DNA of 60,993 nucleotides, counting the filler, from Deltaproteobacteria bacterium (lineage in GTDB: Bacteria > JACQOV01), in the NCBI GenBank assembly GCA_016202395.1. It is 5 parts of 5 records of this genome, joined end to end, with 100 filler letters (N's around TTAATTAATTAA, not from the genome) between each part and the next. Parts side by side here need not be neighbours in the genome. Positions count along the whole stretch, not along the records: positions 47,784 to 57,056 come from JACQOV010000102.1; positions 57,157 to 60,993 come from JACQOV010000106.1; 3 more parts are not named here. One strand, written 5' to 3'. Position 1 is the stretch's first letter, and every line of letters starts with the position of its first letter. This document shows, piece by piece, positions 54,041 through 60,993 of this stretch. The notes under the pieces were generated by a model that worked only from the letters and a program-made list of their open reading frames with translations, was not told where the DNA came from and searched no databases. The translations under genes were made by a program, and so were the position numbers.

Positions 54041-55324
54041 ATGCTTTCGTATTCGACATGGATTGGATTGAGGTACTTGAAGGCTCCTCGGCGAGAGGCG
54101 CTTTTGTCAGTGATGTCGTTGATGTCTATCTTGGGAATTGCGTTGGGGGTCATGGCGTTGATTGTAGTCCTCTCGGTGATGACCGGGTTTGAGCGAGACC
54201 TTAAAGAGAAGATTTTAGGGGTTAGCGCCGCTGTGATAGTGACTCATTACGACGGGCCGATTTCAGAATATCGCAAGCTGATGGAAGATCTCAATCAACA
54301 AAAAGAGGTGGTGGCCTCCACCCCCTTCATTATTAATCAGGTCATGGTTACCTCGGGTGGAAGTGTTGCCGGCGTATTTCTTCGCGCGGTGGATCCGGAT
54401 ACGATTGGGGATGTAACGATCATCAATCGAGTGATGGCCTCGGGGGATTTGCAGGAGCTCAAAGAGCCTTCCGGTTGGTTCAAAGAAGGGGAGGAGGAGG
54501 TTCTTAAATCTCCGGGGATTATTCTAGGGAGCGAGTTGTCCATGACGTTGGGGGTGGTCGAGGGGGATCTCGTGACGGTGATCTCTCCGACAGGGAAGAT
54601 CGGTCCTTTAGGGATGGTTCCTAAAATGAAGCAGTTTCGTGTGGTCGGAACGTTCAACTCTGGGATGTATGAATACGATACCGGTCTGGCTTTAGTCTCG
54701 ATCCCAGAGGCTCAAAAGTTCTTTGATCTGGGAGATGCCGTTACCGGGATCGACATCAAGATTCGCGATGTTGAGCTTTCTCAGAGGATCGCCCGATCGT
54801 TGCGGGAGCATCTGGGCCCCGGTTTTTCTGTTCGGGATTGGATGAGTTTAAATCGGAATCTCTTCTCGGCCATTCGGTTGGAGAAGCGAGTGATGTTTAT
54901 TATTTTAGCATTGATCGTGTTGGTGGCTGCGTTTGGGATTATTAGCCTGTTGGTGATGGTGGTGATGAAAAAGCGAAAAGAGATCGCGATCCTCAAATCG
55001 ATGGGGGCGACCTCTTGGGGGATTATGAAGATCTTTATGGTGGAAGGGATTATCATGGGAGGGATTGGCACGGTTTTAGGGGCGATCTTGGGGTTGCTTG
55101 TTGCTTTGAATCTCACTCAGATCTCTGATTTTCTGGAACAGACTTTTCATTGGGAGCTTTTCCCTAAAGATGTTTATTATATCGATCAATTTCCTTCGCA
55201 GGTGAGCGCGGGCGATGTGGTTGCCATTGTGATGACCACGTTATTCATTAGCTTTGTTGCGACGTTGTATCCTTCTTGGCAGGCTTCAAAATTAACGCCG
55301 TCGGAGGCTATTCGGTATGAATAG
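54041..55324 (+). CDS. Lipoprotein-releasing ABC permease LolC/E family
   Basis: GIALGVMALIVVLSVMTGF, SGMYEYD, EIAILKSMGA, ATLYPSW. Confidence 0.93.
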   Translation: MLSYSTWIGLRYLKAPRREALLSVMSLMSILGIALGVMALIVVLSVMTGFERDLKEKILGVSAAVIVTHYDGPISEYRKLMEDLNQQKEVVASTPFIINQVMVTSGGSVAGVFLRAVDPDTIGDVTIINRVMASGDLQELKEPSGWFKEGEEEVLKSPGIILGSELSMTLGVVEGDLVTVISPTGKIGPLGMVPKMKQFRVVGTFNSGMYEYDTGLALVSIPEAQKFFDLGDAVTGIDIKIRDVELSQRIARSLREHLGPGFSVRDWMSLNRNLFSAIRLEKRVMFIILALIVLVAAFGIISLLVMVVMKKRKEIAILKSMGATSWGIMKIFMVEGIIMGGIGTVLGAILGLLVALNLTQISDFLEQTFHWELFPKDVYYIDQFPSQVSAGDVVAIVMTTLFISFVATLYPSWQASKLTPSEAIRYE

Positions 55325-56042
55325 AAAGGTGAGCGCTTCTAAAATTATTGTGGCTCTAGATTTGCCGGATGTCGATTTGGCGTTAAGAGTGGCCTCGGAT
55401 TTGCGCCATTCGGTTCAGATCGTCAAGATAGGGCCTGAGCTTTGGATGCAGGGGGGAAAAGATTTTACAGCTCGACTCGTGGATATCGGCTTTGAGATCT
55501 TTCTGGATCTAAAATTCCACGATATTCCCACGACCGTTTATCGGGCCTGTCGAGCGTCGGCCGCTTTGGGCGTTTCGATGCTGACGGTTCACGCGCTGGG
55601 TGGAGCGGCGATGTTGCAGGCCGCTCTGGAGGGGGTTCAGGAAGGGGCTAAAAAGAGGCCACCGCGTGTTTTGGGAGTCACCCTTTTGACGAGCCTTAAT
55701 GCAGATCAACTTCCCTTATTAGGAATGGATCCCTCTGTCGATCGTTTAGTAAAAAAGCTGGCCCAGTCCGCTTGGGAGGCCAAGCTCGACGGTGTGGTTG
55801 CTTCCGCTCAGGAGGCAAGCGCCATTCGAAAAACCTTTGGGAAAAGATTTTTGATCGTAACCCCTGGGATTCGGTTGACTCGCGCAGAGAGTCAGGATCA
55901 GAAGAGGGTGGCTACCCCTCAAGAGGCATTCCAAGCGGGGGCGGATTATATTGTCGTCGGGCGACCCGTTATTGAGGCGAAGAGGCCCCAAGAGGTTATT
56001 AAAAGGATCATGGATGCGGCGCTCGATTCGAGAAAAAAATAG
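55317..56042 (+). CDS. pyrF: Orotidine 5'-phosphate decarboxylase
   Basis: VALD, DLKFHDIPTTV, VTPGIR, DQKR, VVGRP. Confidence 0.97.
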   Translation: MNRKVSASKIIVALDLPDVDLALRVASDLRHSVQIVKIGPELWMQGGKDFTARLVDIGFEIFLDLKFHDIPTTVYRACRASAALGVSMLTVHALGGAAMLQAALEGVQEGAKKRPPRVLGVTLLTSLNADQLPLLGMDPSVDRLVKKLAQSAWEAKLDGVVASAQEASAIRKTFGKRFLIVTPGIRLTRAESQDQKRVATPQEAFQAGADYIVVGRPVIEAKRPQEVIKRIMDAALDSRKK

Positions 56043-56793
56043 TTCTGGGGAAGAAGGCCAGTGGATTTGTGGAATTCATCCTCTACTCGAGGCGCTTTCT
56101 TCACAATCCAGTTCGTTAGACAAGATTTATATGGTTCAGGGGCATTGGGGGCGAGCCTTGCGTGAAGTAGCTGCTCTTGCCAAGGAGAGGCGGATCCCAA
56201 TGGTTCGAACTCCTCGAGAAGCCCTAGATCGTTTGGTCGAAGGCAAGGGTCACCAAGGGGTTGTGGGTCGAAAGGGGGCCGTTTCTTACCTCCCTTTGGA
56301 GTCGATTCTGGACTCTGCTGTGGGTCCTAAACCCGGGGTGGTGGCTTTTTTTTATCACGTCCAGGATCCCCAGAATTTAGGGGCCGCGCTACGATCGGCT
56401 CGAATTTTCGGAATCCAAGGGGTTGTTTTAGAGGAAGAACACTCTGCCTCGATAACCCCTGCTGTAATCAAGGCTTCGGCTGGGATGGCTTTAGAGGTTC
56501 CGGTGGCAAGGATTCCTAATTTTATGGAGGGGTTGGAAAAGGCTAAGGAGAGAGATTTCTCTTTATTTGCAGCCACTCTGGATGGAAAACCTCTCGGGGA
56601 AGTTCCGGTAAAAAGACCGATGGCTCTGGTTTTTGGGTCAGAAGGAGAGGGGCTCCCAGATCGGGTTGTTCAAAAGTGTGACGAGGAGATTTCAATCCCC
56701 ATGGCTCTAAGTGGAGTGTCCCTCAATTTAAGCGTTGCAGCGGGGATTTTTTTCTTTTGGTGTTCGAGGAAGGGGTCTTTAAAAATCACTTGA
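56014..56793 (+). CDS. rlmB: 23S rRNA Gm2251 methyltransferase (SpoU/TrmH family)
   Basis: HQGVV, QDPQNLGA, KASAG, GSEGEG, SLNLSVA; start uncertain. Confidence 0.88.
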   Translation: MRRSIREKNSSGEEGQWICGIHPLLEALSSQSSSLDKIYMVQGHWGRALREVAALAKERRIPMVRTPREALDRLVEGKGHQGVVGRKGAVSYLPLESILDSAVGPKPGVVAFFYHVQDPQNLGAALRSARIFGIQGVVLEEEHSASITPAVIKASAGMALEVPVARIPNFMEGLEKAKERDFSLFAATLDGKPLGEVPVKRPMALVFGSEGEGLPDRVVQKCDEEISIPMALSGVSLNLSVAAGIFFFWCSRKGSLKIT

Positions 56794-56818
56794 TTTTTAA
56801 ATTGGCTATGAGTATAAT
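56790..56818 (+). promoter_or_regulatory. Sigma-70 promoter of tRNA cluster
   Basis: TTGATT-N17-TATAAT upstream of tRNA-Thr. Confidence 0.6.
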
Positions 56819-56871
56819 CCCAAATTTACGTGAGGACGAAGGTATCCAATCTTTAAATGGGGTTGGAAAAG

Positions 56872-56944
<73 letters not shown>

Positions 56945-56948
56945 CTAT

Positions 56949-57008
56949 TAGCCGTATGGCGTTTAGCGGATAGCGGATAGCGTATGGGCAGGAAAAAGCT
57001 ATACGCTA
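56949..57008 (+). repeat. Degenerate heptamer tandem repeat (TAGCGKA) with short inverted copy
   Basis: TGGCGTT TAGCGGA TAGCGGA TAGCGTA ... TATACGCTA. Confidence 0.55.
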
Positions 57009-57015
57009 GAAGAGA

Positions 57016-57056
57016 GGAGAGGTACCCAAGCGGCCAACGGGGGCAGACTGTAAATC
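57016..57056 (+). tRNA. tRNA-Tyr(GTA), 5' part only
   Basis: GGAGAGGTACCCAAGCGGCCAACGGGGGCAGACTGTAAATC, cut by contig end. Confidence 0.9.
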
Positions 57057-57156
57057 NNNNNNNNNNNNNNNNNNNNNNNNNNNNNNNNNNNNNNNNNNNN
57101 TTAATTAATTAANNNNNNNNNNNNNNNNNNNNNNNNNNNNNNNNNNNNNNNNNNNN
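57057..57156. other. Artificial contig linker
   Basis: N44-TTAATTAATTAA-N44. Confidence 0.99.
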
Positions 57157-57183
57157 ATTGATTAGAGCCGCTTTCATAAGAAA

Positions 57184-57212
57184 ATAATATTTTATTATAT
57201 TTAATATGTCAA
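57184..57212 (-). promoter_or_regulatory. Sigma-70 promoter pointing off the contig
   Basis: Minus strand TTGACA-N17-TATTAT. Confidence 0.5.
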
Positions 57213-57213
57213 G

Positions 57214-59037
57214 CTAGCGGCCGAAGAGGCCTTTGAGGGGTTGCAGCGCTTTATCCGCGCCAGGGATGGAGGCTTTTTTGGCGGCCTCTTGCTCGATCTG
57301 TTTTAAGAGATTGTCCACGACTTGATTGCCAGAGGTAATCTGGGAAAGCGCTTTATCTTTTTGTTCATTCACCATCGTTTGAAGCTCATCGACATGGCTC
57401 TGAACGAGTTTGTTGAGCTCGGCTTCCAGCCGCTTTTTCTGATTCTCGATCTCCTCGCCAACCGCATCTTGAAAAGCGTTGGCAATGACCTGATCGAGAT
57501 TGGAGGCCACTGTGAAGGTCGGCTCCGAGAAAGTTCCACCGAGGCCGATACGCACATTAAAGCGATCGACTTTAGCTAGAGAGTTCACTAGGCTCTGCTG
57601 CAAGCGATTGACGATGTCCGAGCTGGAGCTTGCCTTCACATGAGGCTCTAAAGAAAGATCCATCCCATCGAACTGAAACTCTCCATTCAAGCCTTCCCCG
57701 GCAAAGGCGAGCTGACCGGAGACTTTTCCCGCTCCATTCTTAATCCCCAATCCAAAAGAATCGGATTTTCCCAGCATCGTCCCTTGAAGCGGAAAACCGG
57801 AAAGGGTTGCTTGAAAAGTCTCTTTCCCCTCCTCTTGGGTGTGATCGATCGTAGCCTGCGCCGCGAGCTCACGCGGAGCTTGGCTCCCCTGCAGATGAAG
57901 AATGGCCGGCTTCCCATAGAGGGGAGGATTGGACGTAATCCCTTCGAGGGTTCCTTGAAAGAGGAGAGGGTTCTCCTGGCCCCACTGGCCGGAAATCTCC
58001 CCTTTCTTCCACAAAAAGCGCGGCAGGACATTGTGTTTTGGAAATTCCACCACCCTCCCCTTTCCTCGCGGAGGAGGCGGTGGTTCCTCTTTTTTAGGAG
58101 GCATGTAGGCCCGAGCGCTCTCCACCATTCCCATCCCTTTTCCGAGTCGGCCAATGATGGCGGGGCCGAAAAGCATCCGAGCGATCGTTGTGTTATTGAA
58201 GGAGGGGAGTTTGAGTTTTGCCAAAAGCCCTTTCCAATCCTCCATCCGAGCCTTTTGAACATCCTCAATCAGTTTTTGCGCCGATTGAATCTGAGCCGTG
58301 ACGTTGCTTTTAGCCCCCTCGATATCGGACTTCATTTGATTAACGTCTTTTCTAAGATTGTTGACGGCCTGAATTTTCTGCGCGGCATCCACCACGGCAT
58401 TGCCACCGGACTGCTGCAACGTTTGCAGCTTCTGCTCGATCTCCTTGCGACGCCCTTCCAGATTGAGTTTGTCTAGCTCAGCCTGCACCGACTTTGGGAG
58501 CTCGGTGATCCTATTTTTAGCATTTTCGGCTGCTTTGACCGCGGCAAGATTATCCGGATCAATCAGTTTCTTAGGGTCAAAATCTTTTTTAAGATCTCCC
58601 CATTGATCCAGCGAAAACTCCTCCACATTGCTCCACATAAAATCGGCCGCTTTTCCAACCCTGGAGGCCTTCTTTTCCCGTTCCGGCAATGCTCCTGAAG
58701 TTTCTCGCGGCGTGCCAAACTGAAGACCTTTAAGAGAAGACTCCTCAATCACCACTTTCTTCTCAAGGAGGGGCAAAAATCTCATGTCAAAAACGGCCTC
58801 TTCATACTCGAAGAGATTTTTCATCGGCTCCGATTTGTCCGCAACCTGCACACCACGAATGCGTAAAGAGGCCTCTTTAAAGCGGGTCCGCACCGACACA
58901 ATCTCCACTTTGGCCCCAAAAATAAGTTGTCCCCCACCCACCATCGCCCGCTTGAGCAAAGGATCCAGAAAGAAAACAATCCCTACCGCGATCAATCCCA
59001 TGAAAATAGCGATAGGAATGATGGCTTTCCAGCGCAT
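57214..59037 (-). CDS. TIGR03545-like protein (membrane anchor, AsmA-like, coiled coil)
   Basis: MRWK start at 59037, GAKVEI, ADKSEPMKNLFE, GTPRETSGAL, SNLD; paired with TIGR03546-like gene. Confidence 0.8.
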   Translation of the reverse strand: MRWKAIIPIAIFMGLIAVGIVFFLDPLLKRAMVGGGQLIFGAKVEIVSVRTRFKEASLRIRGVQVADKSEPMKNLFEYEEAVFDMRFLPLLEKKVVIEESSLKGLQFGTPRETSGALPEREKKASRVGKAADFMWSNVEEFSLDQWGDLKKDFDPKKLIDPDNLAAVKAAENAKNRITELPKSVQAELDKLNLEGRRKEIEQKLQTLQQSGGNAVVDAAQKIQAVNNLRKDVNQMKSDIEGAKSNVTAQIQSAQKLIEDVQKARMEDWKGLLAKLKLPSFNNTTIARMLFGPAIIGRLGKGMGMVESARAYMPPKKEEPPPPPRGKGRVVEFPKHNVLPRFLWKKGEISGQWGQENPLLFQGTLEGITSNPPLYGKPAILHLQGSQAPRELAAQATIDHTQEEGKETFQATLSGFPLQGTMLGKSDSFGLGIKNGAGKVSGQLAFAGEGLNGEFQFDGMDLSLEPHVKASSSSDIVNRLQQSLVNSLAKVDRFNVRIGLGGTFSEPTFTVASNLDQVIANAFQDAVGEEIENQKKRLEAELNKLVQSHVDELQTMVNEQKDKALSQITSGNQVVDNLLKQIEQEAAKKASIPGADKALQPLKGLFGR

Positions 59038-59564
59038 CAGTCGATCCCTCCGCCACGGAACTGATCGTAGAGCTGATAAATCTTCGAGGCCTTGATCATC
59101 TGCATCACCTTCCACTTCCGGATTTTCTCCAGCAAATGCTTCCGATACTGGATAACCCCCACGCGAGTGACTATAAAAATCGGCGCCAACGCAAAGATCC
59201 CCACCACAAAATTCCCCAGGACCAGCGAGTTGTTGAAATTCGTCCATGGAACTATCGGAATATTGTAGAGAGAGGTATAAAAACCGGCGAGAGAAGGGAT
59301 GTCCGTAAGCAAGTAATACCCGAGTTTTTCCACAACAGGATCGGTCAACGCCCCCACAATGGCAAAAATGACGGTCGCTAGCATCGCCATCGAGATGTTC
59401 ACCCGGACGAGCAGAATAACCACACAGATTGCTAAAGCCAACAGGTTGAGTTTGGGGATGAGACCGACCATAGCCCCTAAAGCGACACCACCGGCAATCT
59501 GCGCGGGGGTCGCGTCCTGATTGAGGACCTTGATCAGTTTAAAGATGTAGTTAAACCAAGGCAC
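59037..59564 (-). CDS. TIGR03546-like membrane protein
   Basis: TPAQIAGGVALG..GLIP, YNIPIVPWTNFNNSLVLG. Confidence 0.82.
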   Translation of the reverse strand: MPWFNYIFKLIKVLNQDATPAQIAGGVALGAMVGLIPKLNLLALAICVVILLVRVNISMAMLATVIFAIVGALTDPVVEKLGYYLLTDIPSLAGFYTSLYNIPIVPWTNFNNSLVLGNFVVGIFALAPIFIVTRVGVIQYRKHLLEKIRKWKVMQMIKASKIYQLYDQFRGGGID

Positions 59565-59630
59565 GGTTTAAGAAAAACTGACGCCCACTATGATCCAACT
59601 TCCTCAAGAAGTCAATAGAGGCGCCCTAAA

Positions 59631-60140
59631 CTAAATGATAAACAAGGTCACAAGAATAAGGGTTTGGATAATCCAACCGATAAGACACACCGCCACAGCG
59701 CGTCCTGTGCCGGTGTAATCGAGCGCTTGACGAACCGCAATCACCATTGCGATCAACATCCAGATAGAGGTAACGAAAAAGAGGATCCCTGCTAAGCCAG
59801 GGATAATTCCCAAAACTCGCAGTATCCCCGGAGCGCTTGAGAAACCGGTGGTGCGAAGGAGCTGCCCAACATCGGCCTCTGTCTGAGGTTGGGGCAATAG
59901 TTTGGTTCCGATGAGATAGGTGAGATAGGCCCAAATAACCCAACCGATGAGCGATAGAGCCCCTCCTACAAAAAAGCCTCCCATTCCGCCGGCCCCTACT
60001 CTGCCAATTCCGGCTGCGACACTGGAGAGAATCACAACCAACAGGGCCTGTCGTGTGGCGCTTCGATCGGCCTCAACCTCTTCGTAGAGCTGCACATCGA
60101 GTTTAGCCGCTCGCATAACGCGACTGAAGAACGGATTCAT
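59631..60140 (-). CDS. YIP1-like membrane protein
   Basis: RAAKLD..YEEVEAD..ATRQA, LLRTTGF..APG, AVRQALDY. Confidence 0.75.
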   Translation of the reverse strand: MNPFFSRVMRAAKLDVQLYEEVEADRSATRQALLVVILSSVAAGIGRVGAGGMGGFFVGGALSLIGWVIWAYLTYLIGTKLLPQPQTEADVGQLLRTTGFSSAPGILRVLGIIPGLAGILFFVTSIWMLIAMVIAVRQALDYTGTGRAVAVCLIGWIIQTLILVTLFII

Positions 60141-60253
60141 GGATGAGATTTTACCTGAACTAGAAGAGAACGGTCAAGTCGCGCTCTGAACAGTTTTACA
60201 AACTTCGAGAACGAGTCAACACGCGACTTGACCCTGATACTTCTAGAGGATTC

Positions 60254-60649
60254 TTACAACTCTCCCCACAAGACTTTTACGTTAGGATATTTGGCAATAT
60301 GGGCATCCTTAGAAATAAGGGTCATCTTATGAAGCAAAGCCGTGGCAATGATCATTCGATCAAAAGGGTCATTATGAACGTCTGGAAGAGAAGCAGAAGC
60401 AATAGCAATGGAATAATTCACCGGAATCTCCTGAATACCATGATGAGAAAGAGACTTCTCCACAAAATCGCTAGGGGATAGAGGCAAAATCAGCCGCTCT
60501 CGCTTTGCAAGGAGCGCAATTTCTAAAGCGCTAATCGACGAGACATAAAGTTGATCTGCCTCTTCCTGAATTTTTTGCTTCACTCTTTCAGTCAATTGGG
60601 ACGGATCGGAGGCCAACCACACCCAAGCATGAGTATCCAACAACAGCAT
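60254..60649 (-). CDS. vapC: PIN-domain toxin (VapC family)
   Basis: LLLDTH, SSISALEI, HNDPFDRMIIA, SKD. Confidence 0.92.
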   Translation of the reverse strand: MLLLDTHAWVWLASDPSQLTERVKQKIQEEADQLYVSSISALEIALLAKRERLILPLSPSDFVEKSLSHHGIQEIPVNYSIAIASASLPDVHNDPFDRMIIATALLHKMTLISKDAHIAKYPNVKVLWGEL

Positions 60650-60888
60650 CAGCGATATTCCTCAGGCCAGTCTTCTTCGCTCACAGGAGCACAAGGATCC
60701 CCCTTAAAAAAGGCCCCTTTCAATTGAGGGTCTTGAGAGAGCGGGTCTTTTCCAGTTTTATGAGGCACCAAATCGACGACCGGTTTTCCATTTTGGCAGA
60801 TGACAATCAACTCCCCCGAGTGCTGAACCTCTTTGATGAGCCTTGAAAGCTGAGCCTTCGCCTCATAGGTGTTGATAAATTTAGCCAT
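60649..60888 (-). CDS. Phd/YefM family antitoxin
   Basis: INTYEAKAQLSRL..GE..ICQNGKPV; TGATG coupling to toxin. Confidence 0.9.
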   Translation of the reverse strand: MAKFINTYEAKAQLSRLIKEVQHSGELIVICQNGKPVVDLVPHKTGKDPLSQDPQLKGAFFKGDPCAPVSEEDWPEEYR

Positions 60889-60902
60889 ATAAAAACAAAT
60901 AG

Positions 60903-60931
60903 ATAGTACCATAGTTAACCAGGTTAGTCAA
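60903..60931 (-). promoter_or_regulatory. TA promoter with operator palindrome
   Basis: TTGACT-N17-TACTAT with TAACC-T-GGTTA palindrome overlapping the spacer. Confidence 0.6.
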
Positions 60932-60993
60932 GTTTATGTCAATATAATCAATGTAGCCAATTTAGCATGTTAAGCGCTTTAGCTCTTCTCTTA

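Noticed and set aside
57177-57205. dif-like site (ATAA-TATTTTA-TTATATTTAAT)
   Set aside because: Spacer is 7 bp and the XerC arm is poor; better explained as an AT-rich promoter.
59616-59626. TAGAGGCGCCC, 11-bp match to the MITE A-type end, just after the YIP1-like stop
   Set aside because: Too short and without a partner end; may be a scar but cannot be told from chance.

Overview
Five unrelated contigs of a draft (probably metagenome-assembled) Gram-negative genome, joined by artificial N44-TTAATTAATTAA-N44 linkers at 18520, 25415, 47684 and 57057; adjacency across linkers is meaningless. Gene order is deltaproteobacteria-like (inference). Contig 1 is a housekeeping run on the minus strand: kdsB-pyrG-kdsA-kdsD-kdsC-lptCAB-rpoN-ptsN-rapZ-mannose-family PTS-ptsH-ptsI-metK-ahcY-rho. 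Contig 2 has a DEDD exonuclease, an acyl-CoA ligase, folE, a ferredoxin, tRNA-Gly/tRNA-Cys-queG-lipoate-ligase-like and an FG-GAP protein. Contig 3 has tkt-rpiB, a ~7 kb accessory island, a metal-uptake operon, cstA and a trehalose cluster. Contig 4 has an IS481-like remnant, rpsO-pnp, purB, lysS, lolC/E, pyrF, rlmB and tRNAs. Contig 5 has a TIGR03545/03546-like pair, a YIP1-like gene and a Phd-VapC pair. The most interesting signals are: (1) a His/CxxC/RAPP leader peptide whose Pro-Pro codons are complementary to the Shine-Dalgarno of a downstream ATPase-less metal-uptake operon, a candidate ribosome-stalling metal sensor; (2) a 979-bp transposase-less element using the ends of a resident 177-bp MITE, with a TTAA target duplication, carrying an HATPase+STAS gene pair; (3) an RDD gene bracketed by two 64-bp palindromic direct repeats; (4) a signal-peptide-bearing minimal Rhs protein and a DUF1016-N/thermonuclease fusion; (5) two TA loci whose toxins appear deleted; (6) at least three MITE families showing covariation, nested micro-palindromes and insertion at stop codons. 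All family assignments are by motif recognition; no database search was run.
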